From IMG/VR virus record IMGVR_UViG_3300027672_001796: 64,000 bases of DNA. One strand, 5' to 3'. This document shows, in pieces, positions 8,666 to 18,574 of this stretch. How positions within the stretch are numbered: the stretch's first letter is position 1; every line of letters begins with the position of its first letter. The position numbers were made by a program, and so were the translations under genes. The stretch is from a virus (taxonomy: Duplodnaviria > Caudoviricetes). A model generated the notes under the pieces. The model was given only the letters and a program-made list of their open reading frames with translations, was not told the origin of the DNA and did no database searches.

Positions 8666-9165
8666 AAATATTAACAGTTGAGAATACCGTATTTGAAATA
8701 GACCAAGTTCCGGATCAGATAGATGATGTCCGGTTTGCTGTGTTTGATACGACCGATCCGACATTTATGGATTACTATTTCCTACCCCTCATATTCCTAG
8801 AGAGTTTTTATGCTCCAGCAATATGTTTACAAATCGGTGAACACAATATTCAAATGCCGATGGATTGGAGTATAGCAATCACCGATGAAGATTTAACTGG
8901 CGTGGAAGTTATTCCATTAACTAGTTTAAACAATAGAGGCTTTTTAACAGTGGCATTAAATCCACTAAGCGGCTCACTGTTGTCAGCAGAAGAAATTAAA
9001 ATTACAAATATCTTTCAAGATGTGAAGTGGTTCTTTCCAAAGCTAAAAAATGGACACATGTTAATTGTACCTCTAGAAGATGGTCACAATCCTAAGTGTG
9101 TCATGTTTGTTAAAGAAGCAAATAAAATACCACATGAAATAGATATTGGTCAGTTAATTGACTAG
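8662..9165 (+). CDS. conserved hypothetical beta-rich protein
   Basis: Overlaps the uvsW stop; 167-aa ORF with typical codon usage. Confidence 0.75.
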   Translation: MKILTVENTVFEIDQVPDQIDDVRFAVFDTTDPTFMDYYFLPLIFLESFYAPAICLQIGEHNIQMPMDWSIAITDEDLTGVEVIPLTSLNNRGFLTVALNPLSGSLLSAEEIKITNIFQDVKWFFPKLKNGHMLIVPLEDGHNPKCVMFVKEANKIPHEIDIGQLID

Positions 9166-9174
9166 GAGGCTCAA

Positions 9175-9927
9175 ATGAGTTTAGATACAGATATAGATAA
9201 AATGACGCAGAAACTGAAAGGTGTAAAAAGGCGTTTTAGAATTGAAGCAGGATACCGAGGTGGCGAAGTAACAATTGGTACAGTTAACGAAGATTTCGTA
9301 GACTACTTTATGGATAAAGAAGAAAGCGAGTTAATAGATTATGTTACTAGTTTCGGTTGGGACGATGAAGATATAGATAACGATATTCCAATTCCTTACG
9401 AAGACTTTGAATCGTGGACAGAAACAACGGACATCGAACATATAAATGGTGCTTACTCAGATGACCAATTTACAGTCGAAGAAGTTAAAGCAGACGGTAG
9501 CGATGATTATCCCTACACCAATCAAATTGATATAGATGGATGGCATTTATACGGTAGAGAAGCATACCATGACACAACTAAGCCAGACGACATGACTGAT
9601 TATAAGCCAGTGCTACAATTTCATAGTAGTGAGAAAGGTGGATTTGGTTGTTGGTTTGTTGAAACTATAGGCGAAGATTTCGACCCTAACCAAATTGCAT
9701 TCAATACTGTTGAAACAATGTGTGGCGAAATTGTGGAAGACGTTTGGTATAAAAAAGAAGTATTAGAACAGGAATGGGATAATAACGATACAAACGGTAA
9801 AGGCTACTATGCAAGTGTAGGGTATATGAATATGAAATGGCATGACAACGATACCAAGTACACACCGGAGTATTTAGACGAAAACGAAATGTGGCTTGAT
9901 ATGGAAGATGAATTAAATGCCGAGTAG
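9175..9927 (+). CDS. acidic hypothetical protein
   Basis: GGAGG SD; 250-aa D/E-rich ORF. Confidence 0.75.
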   Translation: MSLDTDIDKMTQKLKGVKRRFRIEAGYRGGEVTIGTVNEDFVDYFMDKEESELIDYVTSFGWDDEDIDNDIPIPYEDFESWTETTDIEHINGAYSDDQFTVEEVKADGSDDYPYTNQIDIDGWHLYGREAYHDTTKPDDMTDYKPVLQFHSSEKGGFGCWFVETIGEDFDPNQIAFNTVETMCGEIVEDVWYKKEVLEQEWDNNDTNGKGYYASVGYMNMKWHDNDTKYTPEYLDENEMWLDMEDELNAE

Positions 9928-10474
9928 TTATAATATTGATTTAAAAGATAGTATTAGAACAGTTTCCGGATTTCCAAAAGCAGGTATTGAATTTAGAGAT
10001 ATTACAAGCCTGCTAGAAAACCCCGAAGCATTTAACAAGTCATTATCAGAGTTAACTTCATTAACAATGGGCTTTGGTGCTACTAAACTTATTGGCATTG
10101 AAAGTAGAGGGTTTGTATTTGGTGCTCCTATTGCCAGCGATCTAGACTTGCCTTTTATAATGGCTCGTAAGCCTGGTAAGTTGCCTGGTAAGATATATAG
10201 GAAAGACTACGAACTAGAATACGGTACTGCAAGTTTAAACATACAATGCAGTACAGACATTGCACCACACGACAAAGTAGTAATCATGGACGACTTAATT
10301 GCTACAGGCGGCACAGCAATAGCGTGTGCTGACATTGTACATGAACATTTTGCTGTACCAAAAGAAAATATTTTAATTTTAGCACTAATAGACTTGCCCA
10401 CACTTAAAGGAAGTGCTATAATAAAACAACATGGATACAGCGTAAACACACTAATCGAATTTGAAGGTGAATAA
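9917..10474 (+). CDS. apt: adenine phosphoribosyltransferase
   Basis: FPKAGIEFRDIT, GIESRGF, ARKPGKLPG, YELEYG and the PRPP motif VVIMDDLIATGGT. Confidence 0.95.
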   Translation: MPSSYNIDLKDSIRTVSGFPKAGIEFRDITSLLENPEAFNKSLSELTSLTMGFGATKLIGIESRGFVFGAPIASDLDLPFIMARKPGKLPGKIYRKDYELEYGTASLNIQCSTDIAPHDKVVIMDDLIATGGTAIACADIVHEHFAVPKENILILALIDLPTLKGSAIIKQHGYSVNTLIEFEGE

Positions 10475-11015
10475 TATCAAAGATATAATTTTAATAGCAT
10501 TGGAGCAAGAAGCTCCTGAAATGGCTACATGGGAAAACGTTTTCTTTACTGGAGTAGGTAAAGTTAATGCAAGTATGACAGCGGCAAAGTTAATAGAAAG
10601 ATACAAGCCTGAACGTGTTTGGAACTTTGGTACTGCTGGAGGAATCACATTGCATAACGGCATACATCAAGTTGGTAAAGTTGTACAACGTGATATGAAA
10701 TGCACACAACTAGGTATCGAACTAGGAGAGACACCATTCGAACCAAACAGCAGAACAATTGTTATTGGTGAAGGCATCTCTTGTAGTACTGGAGATGATT
10801 TTGTTATAAATCCTAAACTGGCAATACCTACAGACATTGTTGAAATGGAAGCCTATGCAATTGCAAAAGTTTGTAAAAATGAAGTCGTAAAATTTTACTG
10901 TTATAAATACATCAGCGATACTGCAGATGAGGAAGCCGGATCTACATGGGCTGAAAATGTTGCTAATGGCGAGGAACACTTTATAAAAACATACAAGGAT
11001 TATCATGGCGGCTAA
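10461..11015 (+). CDS. mtnN: MTA/SAH nucleosidase (PNP/MTAN superfamily), short form
   Basis: TGVGKVNA, NFGTAGG, STGDDFV, VEMEAYAIA and YISDTAD motifs. Confidence 0.85.
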   Translation: MKVNNIKDIILIALEQEAPEMATWENVFFTGVGKVNASMTAAKLIERYKPERVWNFGTAGGITLHNGIHQVGKVVQRDMKCTQLGIELGETPFEPNSRTIVIGEGISCSTGDDFVINPKLAIPTDIVEMEAYAIAKVCKNEVVKFYCYKYISDTADEEAGSTWAENVANGEEHFIKTYKDYHGG

Positions 11016-11478
11016 GAAGAAGGCACCAGCTATACCACTATCAGAAGTTATGAGAGCGATTGACGTAAAGGATCGAGGATGGTATACTAGGCTTGATGCA
11101 GAAAAGAAAAAGGCATTTAGTGCCTGGATGATGATGCGTTATGCTAGTTGTGTTCGAGGCCCAAAGTCAGCTGACTACTTATATATGGTTAACGAATGTA
11201 TTAATAATAGATTTAGTGATGTTAGTAAACATCCAGAATTACAATGGCTATTGTTTACTGTAGCTGGTTGTGGCAAAACGCAAAATCATGAATACATTAA
11301 ACCGCCGAACACTAGAAAAAAGAAAAACAAGGTGTTTACAGCAATATCAGAATTACTGCCACATTTAAAGCATGATGAGTTAGAGTTACTATTAAGTATA
11401 AACACTAAAGACGAACTCAAGCAATATGTTAAAGATGCTGGCGTTGAGGATAAAGAAATAAAAGAGATATTTAAATAA
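11005..11478 (+). CDS. clamp-loader small subunit (gp62)-like protein
   Basis: Helical protein with WMMMRYAS, HPELQWLL and YIKPP; size and context fit gp62-like proteins. Confidence 0.5.
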   Translation: MAAKKKAPAIPLSEVMRAIDVKDRGWYTRLDAEKKKAFSAWMMMRYASCVRGPKSADYLYMVNECINNRFSDVSKHPELQWLLFTVAGCGKTQNHEYIKPPNTRKKKNKVFTAISELLPHLKHDELELLLSINTKDELKQYVKDAGVEDKEIKEIFK

Positions 11479-12146
11479 TGGAATGTAAGTGGTGCAAAAA
11501 ATCATTTAAGTCAGAGACTACTCTGGCAGTTCATATGTGTGTAAAGAAACGCAGATATGCAGACAAGGATATGAGCCACATACGATTAAGCCACCGTGCA
11601 TTCCAAATGTTTTATGATTTAAATACTAGTGCTAAACATCCTAAGACAATGGAAGACTTTATTGTAAGTCCTTATTACGAATCATTTGTTAAATTTGGCA
11701 GAGCATGTCAAGTGAACGAATGGCTACAGCCAGAACAATTTACAGAATGGCTAATTAAGACAGGCGTAAAATTAAAGTTATGGATATCTGATGCACAGTA
11801 CGATAAGTTTTTAAAAGAATATGTAAAAAAAGAGCCTGGTCTAAAAGCATTAGAGCGAACTGTAATTTACATGTCCAAGTGGGGAGAAGAACATAATGAA
11901 ATATGGCAGTCATACTTTATTAATGTATCTCCTAGCAGAGCAGTATATGATATACGTTCAGGCAAAGTAAGTCCTTGGGTGTTGTATTTAAGTGACACAG
12001 GCGGAACATTGTTAGAACGTTTTAACGATGAACAAATAAAAATGATACAAGATAATATAGATCCTCCGTTTTGGATGAAACTATTTAAAAATAACAAAGA
12101 TGAAGTAGCAGAGATTAAAGAAACATGCGTGAGAGCAAATCTATGA
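11478..12146 (+). CDS. conserved phage protein with N-terminal zinc finger
   Basis: CKWCKKSFKSETTLAVHMC (C2H2/C2HC-like). Confidence 0.75.
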   Translation: MECKWCKKSFKSETTLAVHMCVKKRRYADKDMSHIRLSHRAFQMFYDLNTSAKHPKTMEDFIVSPYYESFVKFGRACQVNEWLQPEQFTEWLIKTGVKLKLWISDAQYDKFLKEYVKKEPGLKALERTVIYMSKWGEEHNEIWQSYFINVSPSRAVYDIRSGKVSPWVLYLSDTGGTLLERFNDEQIKMIQDNIDPPFWMKLFKNNKDEVAEIKETCVRANL

Positions 12147-12988
12147 GGAAAAAAAATAAGCTGATGGTCAGTGGAGCAAGTTATTCCGCCGCTAATTGGA
12201 ACGAACCACATTGGGCAGACATTATTGCAGAACAAGGCGACTTTAAAAAAGTAGAATTTGAAGGCATTAATTGGAGTGATTGGGAAGCCGGCGCATTTGT
12301 TACTATTGGTAGATTATTAAACGATAGAAAAATATCCCATTTAATTTATACTGGTACATTTACATTTGTAGAGCAATTACAACAAGAAAACATACCTGAT
12401 AAGAAGAGTTTATTTGACCTAAATGAAAAGATAGTGATAGACATGGCTAGAACTCCAGCATTTTTATCTAAACTTGGAATACTGTTTAGCAATTTCCTGC
12501 CTACTAAGTCCAGAGATCCAGCTGGTAGAAGACTTGGTAATCGTGAATGGGTAGCACATAGAGGAGTTGTTGCAAGTGAAGTACCTGTAGTACCTGCAAA
12601 TAAAGTAGTTGACAAATTTGGTCAAGTGTTTGTAGGGTTAGAAGATAAAGAGTTTTATACTACTCCTCAATATAAACGATATTTAAGAGCATTATCCAGT
12701 ATATCATTAGTTAAAGCGATATGTGACCAATTGGGGGTCAAAGTAATATTATTGCCCTTCCCTTTCACAGACGATTTAACTTCCAGCACATTAACAAGGT
12801 TACCAGACTTTTCGTTAATGGATATTTGGGACATTATTCCAGAATCATTTGGCTCTATTGAAAACTGGAGAAAATTATCATCGGAACGAGGCTGGATACC
12901 TTTAGCTTCGCACTTTGATGATTGGGGACATGACCAAGTAGCAAAAGCATTTTTAAACAACGATAACAATAAGGAATTTTTAAAATAA
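12143..12988 (+). CDS. SGNH/GDSL-like hypothetical protein
   Basis: N-terminal SGASYS block and C-terminal SHFDDWGH; overlapping ATGA start at 12143. Confidence 0.55.
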   Translation: MRKKNKLMVSGASYSAANWNEPHWADIIAEQGDFKKVEFEGINWSDWEAGAFVTIGRLLNDRKISHLIYTGTFTFVEQLQQENIPDKKSLFDLNEKIVIDMARTPAFLSKLGILFSNFLPTKSRDPAGRRLGNREWVAHRGVVASEVPVVPANKVVDKFGQVFVGLEDKEFYTTPQYKRYLRALSSISLVKAICDQLGVKVILLPFPFTDDLTSSTLTRLPDFSLMDIWDIIPESFGSIENWRKLSSERGWIPLASHFDDWGHDQVAKAFLNNDNNKEFLK

Positions 12989-13677
12989 TGAAAGCAAAGA
13001 TAATTAGTTATAGTCAAGCACCAGACCCATCCGGATTAGATAAAGATTCAAGTCTATTAGGCTTAGTGGCATATTGTGCCAGGGTAAGTAATCCAGAAAA
13101 TCAAGACAATACAAAAACAAATGACAAGCTAGTAAAGTATCTAATGAAGCACAAACATTGGAGCCCACTTGAAATGGTAAGTGTTTGTATGGAAGTAGAA
13201 ACTACTAGAGACATTGCTAGACAATTATTGAGACACAGAAGTTTTAGTTTCCAAGAGTTTAGTCAACGTTACGCAGACCCTACAAAAGATTTAGCATTTG
13301 AGATTAGACAAGCAAGATTACAAGATCCTGTTAATAGGCAAAACAGTATTGAACTTGATCCTGAGATGGATGGACATGCAGTACTCCAAGGCGAATGGAA
13401 AAACAAGCAACAACGAGTTATAGACGCATCCTTAGACGCTTACAATTGGGCTATAAGCAAAGGAATTGCTAAAGAGCAGGCAAGAGCAGTACTTCCAGAA
13501 GGAAACACACTAAGCAGGCTCTACGTGAATGGTACACTTCGTAGCTGGATACATTATATTGAATTGCGTGGATCAAATGGCACACAGTTAGAACATATGG
13601 AATTAGCACATGCAGTAGCAGAAGTTATTGCAACGGTATTCCCAATGGCTGGAGAATTTGCTGGAAAAGAGATATGA
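12988..13677 (+). CDS. thyX: flavin-dependent thymidylate synthase
   Basis: HWSPLE, RHRSFSFQEFSQRYA signature and KEQARAVLP. Confidence 0.96.
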   Translation: MKAKIISYSQAPDPSGLDKDSSLLGLVAYCARVSNPENQDNTKTNDKLVKYLMKHKHWSPLEMVSVCMEVETTRDIARQLLRHRSFSFQEFSQRYADPTKDLAFEIRQARLQDPVNRQNSIELDPEMDGHAVLQGEWKNKQQRVIDASLDAYNWAISKGIAKEQARAVLPEGNTLSRLYVNGTLRSWIHYIELRGSNGTQLEHMELAHAVAEVIATVFPMAGEFAGKEI

Positions 13678-13853
13678 ATAAGTATTGGAAAGTTTGGGCA
13701 AAAAGTTTAGGCGAGAAAGTCGGCGAAACAGATACCCAAGCAAATACTGTAGCAGGAATTAGAACGGTATGGTGGTTAACTCACATGTTGACATGTGTTG
13801 CTATTATACTTAATGCAATTGCTAACCACGGTTGGGGTTTAATCGGACTATGA
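13674..13853 (+). CDS. small membrane protein (59 aa), absent from the ORF track
   Basis: [15 protein letters not shown]...[24 protein letters not shown]; ATGA overlaps with both thyX and glyA. Confidence 0.75.
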   Translation: MNKYWKVWAKSLGEKVGETDTQANTVAGIRTVWWLTHMLTCVAIILNAIANHGWGLIGL

Positions 13854-14992
13854 ATATGGATACAAAAATAAGAGAAATCTTAGATAAAGAAACAGTACGT
13901 CAAGATAACACAATAGAGCTTATAGCAAGTGAAAACTATGCCAGCGATGCAGTAATGGAATTAAGCGGAAGTGTATTTACTAATAAGTATGCAGAAGGTT
14001 ATCCTGGAGCACGATACTATAACGGTTGCGAACATATGGACGAAATTGAAACCCTTGCAATCGAAGAGGTTAAGAAGTTATTTGGTTGTAACTTTGCTAA
14101 TGTACAACCGCATTGTGGTGCTAATGCCAATACAGCAGTATACCAAGCATTCTTAAAGCCGGGCGATACAATACTTGGCATGGATTTAGCAAGTGGTGGA
14201 CATTTAAGCCATGGCAGTAAGCCAAATATATCAGGCAAGGTTTACCAAGCATATCATTATGGTGTTGACGATGATGGTTACATCGATTATGTTGAAGTTC
14301 AAATGTTAGCCGAACGTCACAAGCCAAAGATGATTGTTGCTGGTGCTAGTGCATACCCACGTGAAATTGATTGGGGATGGTTTAGAGCTATTGCTGATTC
14401 AGTAGGAGCATTGTTATTAGTTGACATGGCACACTACAGTGGACTAGTTGCAGGCAAGGCATATCCAAGTCCGCTACCTTATGCAGATGTAGTTACGTCA
14501 ACTACACACAAGACATTACGAGGTCCTAGGGGCGGCATTATATTGTGGAATAACGAAGAATACTCTAAACGTATTAATAGTGCAATCTTTCCTGGAACAC
14601 AAGGTGGTCCGTTGATGCATTTAATTGCCGCAAAAGCACAATGTTTTATTGAGGCAAACACTCCGTCTTTCAGTCAGTATGCAAAAGATGTTGTTATAAA
14701 TGCTCAGGCATTTGCAAAGCAACTTACAGCAAATGGATTTAACTGCTTGACAAACGGCACAGATTCGCATATAATATTACTTGACTTAACTAATAGAGGT
14801 GTAAGTGGTAAAGATGCCGCGAACATGTTAGAGGCGAATGGTATTACTGTAAACAAAAACGGCATACCAAATGACCCTAGAAGTTTTACAGAAACAAGTG
14901 GTATTCGATTAGGTACTGCCGCTGAAACAACTAAAGGACATGACGCTAAATGGTTTGTAAACTTAGCAAACACGATAGCTAAAATAATATGA
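13850..14992 (+). CDS. glyA: serine hydroxymethyltransferase
   Basis: [27 protein letters not shown]-lysine motif [12 protein letters not shown] and SGIRLGT. Confidence 0.97.
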   Translation: MNMDTKIREILDKETVRQDNTIELIASENYASDAVMELSGSVFTNKYAEGYPGARYYNGCEHMDEIETLAIEEVKKLFGCNFANVQPHCGANANTAVYQAFLKPGDTILGMDLASGGHLSHGSKPNISGKVYQAYHYGVDDDGYIDYVEVQMLAERHKPKMIVAGASAYPREIDWGWFRAIADSVGALLLVDMAHYSGLVAGKAYPSPLPYADVVTSTTHKTLRGPRGGIILWNNEEYSKRINSAIFPGTQGGPLMHLIAAKAQCFIEANTPSFSQYAKDVVINAQAFAKQLTANGFNCLTNGTDSHIILLDLTNRGVSGKDAANMLEANGITVNKNGIPNDPRSFTETSGIRLGTAAETTKGHDAKWFVNLANTIAKII

Positions 14993-15561
14993 ATATAGAT
15001 TTTGACGTAGACATTGATATGGCTGATAGGGATAAGTTACTAGAACTTATTCAACATACGCCAGCAAGTATCAAACGTGGAATAGAATTTGAAAAGCATA
15101 ACACTGGAGTGTATGTGCAACCTATTCCTATGTTTCCGTTAAAAGGCTTTAGTACAATAGACCACAAAGAAGCAGAAGCAGTTGGTTACTTTAAATTAGA
15201 TGTATTGAACAACCACATTTACAATGGCGTTAAAAGTGAACAGCATTTAGATAAACTTTTAGCAACAGAACCTATGTGGGAGTTGTTTGAGCATAAAGAA
15301 ATTGTTGACCAACTGTTTCATATTAGCAAACACCACGACATTGTTAAACAACACTTACCTAATAGTGTGGAAGACTTAGCAATGATACTTGCACTTATAA
15401 GACCAGGCAAACGACATTTGGTTGGTAATACTTGGGAAGTTATTTCAAAAGAAGTATGGGAACAAACTGATGGTTACTTCTTTAAAAGAAGTCATGCAAT
15501 TGGATATGCTACAGCTATTATTGTGCAGTTAAATTTAATCTTAGAGCAATTAGGTAAGTAA
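14989..15561 (+). CDS. minimal DNA polymerase III alpha (DnaE) palm-like protein
   Basis: [28 protein letters not shown] and [13 protein letters not shown] in DnaE order, but only 190 aa long. Confidence 0.8.
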   Translation: MNIDFDVDIDMADRDKLLELIQHTPASIKRGIEFEKHNTGVYVQPIPMFPLKGFSTIDHKEAEAVGYFKLDVLNNHIYNGVKSEQHLDKLLATEPMWELFEHKEIVDQLFHISKHHDIVKQHLPNSVEDLAMILALIRPGKRHLVGNTWEVISKEVWEQTDGYFFKRSHAIGYATAIIVQLNLILEQLGK

Positions 15562-15565
15562 CGTC

Positions 15566-15949
15566 TTATTTAAGTTTTGGGTCGATACTTCTAACTAACT
15601 GAATACTTCTTCTTTTGATCCGCTTTTTAAGTATGTTTTGCATACTAGTTACAGGCCCAAACAATATTTCAGTTTCTTTTAGAATAAACGTACTAACACA
15701 GTGCCTGAATTCTTGCATTTCATGGAATAAAAATACATCAATTGGTAACATCCTGTTAGATTCCCACCACCATAAGTCTCCACAATCCATCATGATTTTC
15801 TTTTCTTCACTGTTACGACATTTGTCAATATCGTAAAAACTTATAATCTGGTTGTCCTTGTTTTGCACAATGCCGACATAGTCTTTGCCATTGTACGCCA
15901 TTCCAGTTAAAAAAGGGAATTTCTCTTGTAGGTTAGTCTCATTAGTCAT
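15566..15949 (-). CDS. conserved hypothetical protein; the only credible minus-strand gene
   Basis: FPFLT...YVGIVQN...WWWESNRMLPIDVFL; ATG at 15949 lies 6 nt after a minus-strand TATAAATA. Confidence 0.75.
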   Translation of the reverse strand: MTNETNLQEKFPFLTGMAYNGKDYVGIVQNKDNQIISFYDIDKCRNSEEKKIMMDCGDLWWWESNRMLPIDVFLFHEMQEFRHCVSTFILKETEILFGPVTSMQNILKKRIKRRSIQLVRSIDPKLK

Positions 15950-15955
15950 CAAAAG

Positions 15956-15980
15956 TATTTATAGTACAAATGGATAAATA
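15956..15980. promoter_or_regulatory. back-to-back T4-type late promoters
   Basis: TATAAATA on the minus strand (15956-63) and ATAAATA on the plus strand (15974-80), between divergent genes. Confidence 0.65.
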
Positions 15981-16003
15981 CATAACAAACATGGAATTAA
16001 ATA

Positions 16004-16831
16004 ATGTCCTTTAACGGTAGTCATACAATATATAATTTAGGAAACCAGTCGTTAGACTTAGTTTTAACGATAGAAGGCATAAAAACGGATAACAGACCTA
16101 TGAATCAAAATAAATTAACAGTCCACAAAGGGTTTAATAATAAGTTAAGTTTCTTTGTAAGAAATAGAGATAGAGCTTTGCAAAACATTAGCACCAAGGC
16201 CCTATATGCAACCATCATGAACCCAAACACCAAACGTAGAATAATGCTCAAGCAACTTACATTGGTAAACAGCGGTACTACTGGAGAAGCAACACTTGAT
16301 TTAGTCCCATCCGATTTAAGAAACATTGGCGCAGGACTTTACACAATTGCTATTACAGAATCTGCAGATAACGGTGCATCAGAGTATCCTTTATATGCAA
16401 ACCAAAATGATAGAATTGTAACTGACTTGGAAGTAAAGAGCTCTTTGGAGTACGAACCAATAGCAACACAAGAAACAACAACATTTACACAAACATCAAA
16501 CACTGATTTGGGCGATGCCGCCAATACGTTTGTTACTAGTGCAATGTACGGCAATATGGATAACGATCAGAACGGTAGCCATACATGTGCATTTTATATG
16601 ACTAGCTTTACTGGAAATATCACAATACAAGCAAGTGCATTAGAGACTACACCAAGCGAAACAGATTGGTATGATGTAAATGTGCAAGGAGACATCGGTT
16701 CTCCAAGTATGCCATACAACACAGCATTCAGTGGAGTAGATCCTTTCAACTTCAAGATTAACACTAATTGGATTAGGGTTAAATATCACCCAACAGCCGG
16801 CACAATAGATAAATTTCAACTAAGAAATTAA
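16004..16831 (+). CDS. virion structural protein, BppU-N/baseplate-like beta-sandwich
   Basis: VHKGFNNKLSFFVRNRDR, GLYTIAI and WIRVKY; Thr/Asn-rich. Confidence 0.5.
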   Translation: MSFNGSHTIYNLGNQSLDLVLTIEGIKTDNRPMNQNKLTVHKGFNNKLSFFVRNRDRALQNISTKALYATIMNPNTKRRIMLKQLTLVNSGTTGEATLDLVPSDLRNIGAGLYTIAITESADNGASEYPLYANQNDRIVTDLEVKSSLEYEPIATQETTTFTQTSNTDLGDAANTFVTSAMYGNMDNDQNGSHTCAFYMTSFTGNITIQASALETTPSETDWYDVNVQGDIGSPSMPYNTAFSGVDPFNFKINTNWIRVKYHPTAGTIDKFQLRN

Positions 16832-16860
16832 TTGACTTCTTCGCATTAAGCTGTTATAAT
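16832..16860 (+). promoter_or_regulatory. sigma70-type promoter for the primase gene
   Basis: TTGACT-N17-TATAAT; ATG 8 nt downstream. Confidence 0.75.
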
Positions 16861-16868
16861 AACTGAAT

Positions 16869-17846
16869 ATGCATCATCATGAACTAGTAGACCAAGTACA
16901 TCGATTACTTATGGATAATTTGCCCTTAAACTCTGGCAAAACTCCTAGTGGTTGGATAACGTTTGATTGTCCTCTATGTAGCGACAAGAGAAAACGTGCA
17001 GGAGTAATTCAGAGTAATGCTAAAATAAGCTATCACTGTTTTAACTGTAGTTTTACAACTGGCTGGGCACCTAGTCCAAAGTTAGGTCATAAGTACAGGC
17101 AACTATGTGAGACATTAGGTGTGTCTAACAAGGATATACATAAAGTTGTTTTAGACTTAATGAAGCATTCCGAAGAATTAGAGATAGAAGACAGCACTGA
17201 GTATGTTTATACAGCGGCTAGTTTCGTAACACATCAATTACCAGAAGAAACTACACTAGTAGAACACATGGAAGATGGACACCCAATTAAAGAATATGCA
17301 CAACAACGTGGATTGCTAGGCAATTTCCCTTTGATGCACATTAACAACAGTCTATACAAAAAACGTTTAGTTGTTCCGTTTCTATATAACAACGAATTAG
17401 TAGGATGGACCGGCAGACACATTAGCCCACCTAACAAAGAAACTGCAAAGTACCTATTAAATGTACAACCAGGCTATGTGTTTAACATAGACAGGTATGT
17501 AGACAGTGATAGAGACTTTGTTATAGTAGTAGAAGGCGTATTTGATGCAATACTTATAGATGGCATAAGTGTTTTGGGTAATAGTGTAACACCTGAACAA
17601 GCACATTTGATTTCTAAACTTAATAAACGTGTTATACTATGTCCTGATAGAGATAGTGCAGGTAAAGACTTAATAGCAACAGCAGTAGAACTAGGATGGG
17701 AAGTAAGTTTTCCTAAATGGTCGTCTGAATGCAAAGATGTTGCCGATGCAGTAAACAAATATGGCAGGTTATTAACAATGAAGAGCATTACAGAAAATGC
17801 AGTTAGTAACGAACTTAAAATACAAGTTCAGGCAAAAATGCTATGA
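16869..17846 (+). CDS. DNA primase (gp61/DnaG-like)
   Basis: Zinc ribbon CPLC...YHCFNC and TOPRIM motifs VVEGVFDA, PDRD and KDVADA. Confidence 0.9.
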   Translation: MHHHELVDQVHRLLMDNLPLNSGKTPSGWITFDCPLCSDKRKRAGVIQSNAKISYHCFNCSFTTGWAPSPKLGHKYRQLCETLGVSNKDIHKVVLDLMKHSEELEIEDSTEYVYTAASFVTHQLPEETTLVEHMEDGHPIKEYAQQRGLLGNFPLMHINNSLYKKRLVVPFLYNNELVGWTGRHISPPNKETAKYLLNVQPGYVFNIDRYVDSDRDFVIVVEGVFDAILIDGISVLGNSVTPEQAHLISKLNKRVILCPDRDSAGKDLIATAVELGWEVSFPKWSSECKDVADAVNKYGRLLTMKSITENAVSNELKIQVQAKML

Positions 17847-18574
17847 CAAAATTATTTGTAAATGGATGTAGTTTTACAGCAGGTAATGGTGAAGTACATA
17901 CTGCTGATGGCGAACTGGCACCTCCGTTAGAGTATGTTTGGGCAAACCAAATACCCGAATTTGAATCTGTTACTAATTTAGCAATTAGAGGTGCGAGTAA
18001 CGATAGAATACTTCGTACCACAATGGAATATTTTAATTCTCGTAATGCTACAGACTATGTTGCAGTTATACAATGGACTAGTCCTTTGCGTTTTGAACGC
18101 TTTATACCTTCATGTAACGCATTTGCTGGCTTTTGTAATACAACGGGGAAGACTATTAGTTTTAACATGGATAATGCTAATGATTTAGAAAAGCTACAAA
18201 CCAATGGCATGTACGACAGGCTAACAGATGCGGCTGAGAAACAGTTAATGCATGGAAAGAGCATAACTGATTACCAGATAAATTTTTATAAGAAAGTTAT
18301 TTTGATGCAACAGTATTTAGACAGCAAAATGATACCGTATATATTTACATCAATGTCACTTTACAGCCATCTCCTTAGTGATGATGCTGACAAGGAACAA
18401 TACGAACTACATTTAAAGAACAATGTGGATACTGATAAATGGACAGCTCGACCGTTAACAATTTACCAAGAGCGTAATTTTATTAGTGCTGAAGATAAAC
18501 ACCCTAATGAAACCGGACATAAACTTATAGGCGATGCAATTTATAAAGAACTACAACAGAGGAATTATGTATGA
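17843..18574 (+). CDS. SGNH-like protein
   Basis: NGCSFTAG, NLAIRGASNDRI, VIQWT and DKHPNETGH. Confidence 0.65.
   Translation: MTKLFVNGCSFTAGNGEVHTADGELAPPLEYVWANQIPEFESVTNLAIRGASNDRILRTTMEYFNSRNATDYVAVIQWTSPLRFERFIPSCNAFAGFCNTTGKTISFNMDNANDLEKLQTNGMYDRLTDAAEKQLMHGKSITDYQINFYKKVILMQQYLDSKMIPYIFTSMSLYSHLLSDDADKEQYELHLKNNVDTDKWTARPLTIYQERNFISAEDKHPNETGHKLIGDAIYKELQQRNYV

Noticed and set aside
8662-9165. Active Hint/intein domain
   Set aside because: It is beta-rich and vaguely Hint-like, but lacks the N-terminal Cys/Ser and C-terminal His-Asn; the fold cannot be supported by eye.
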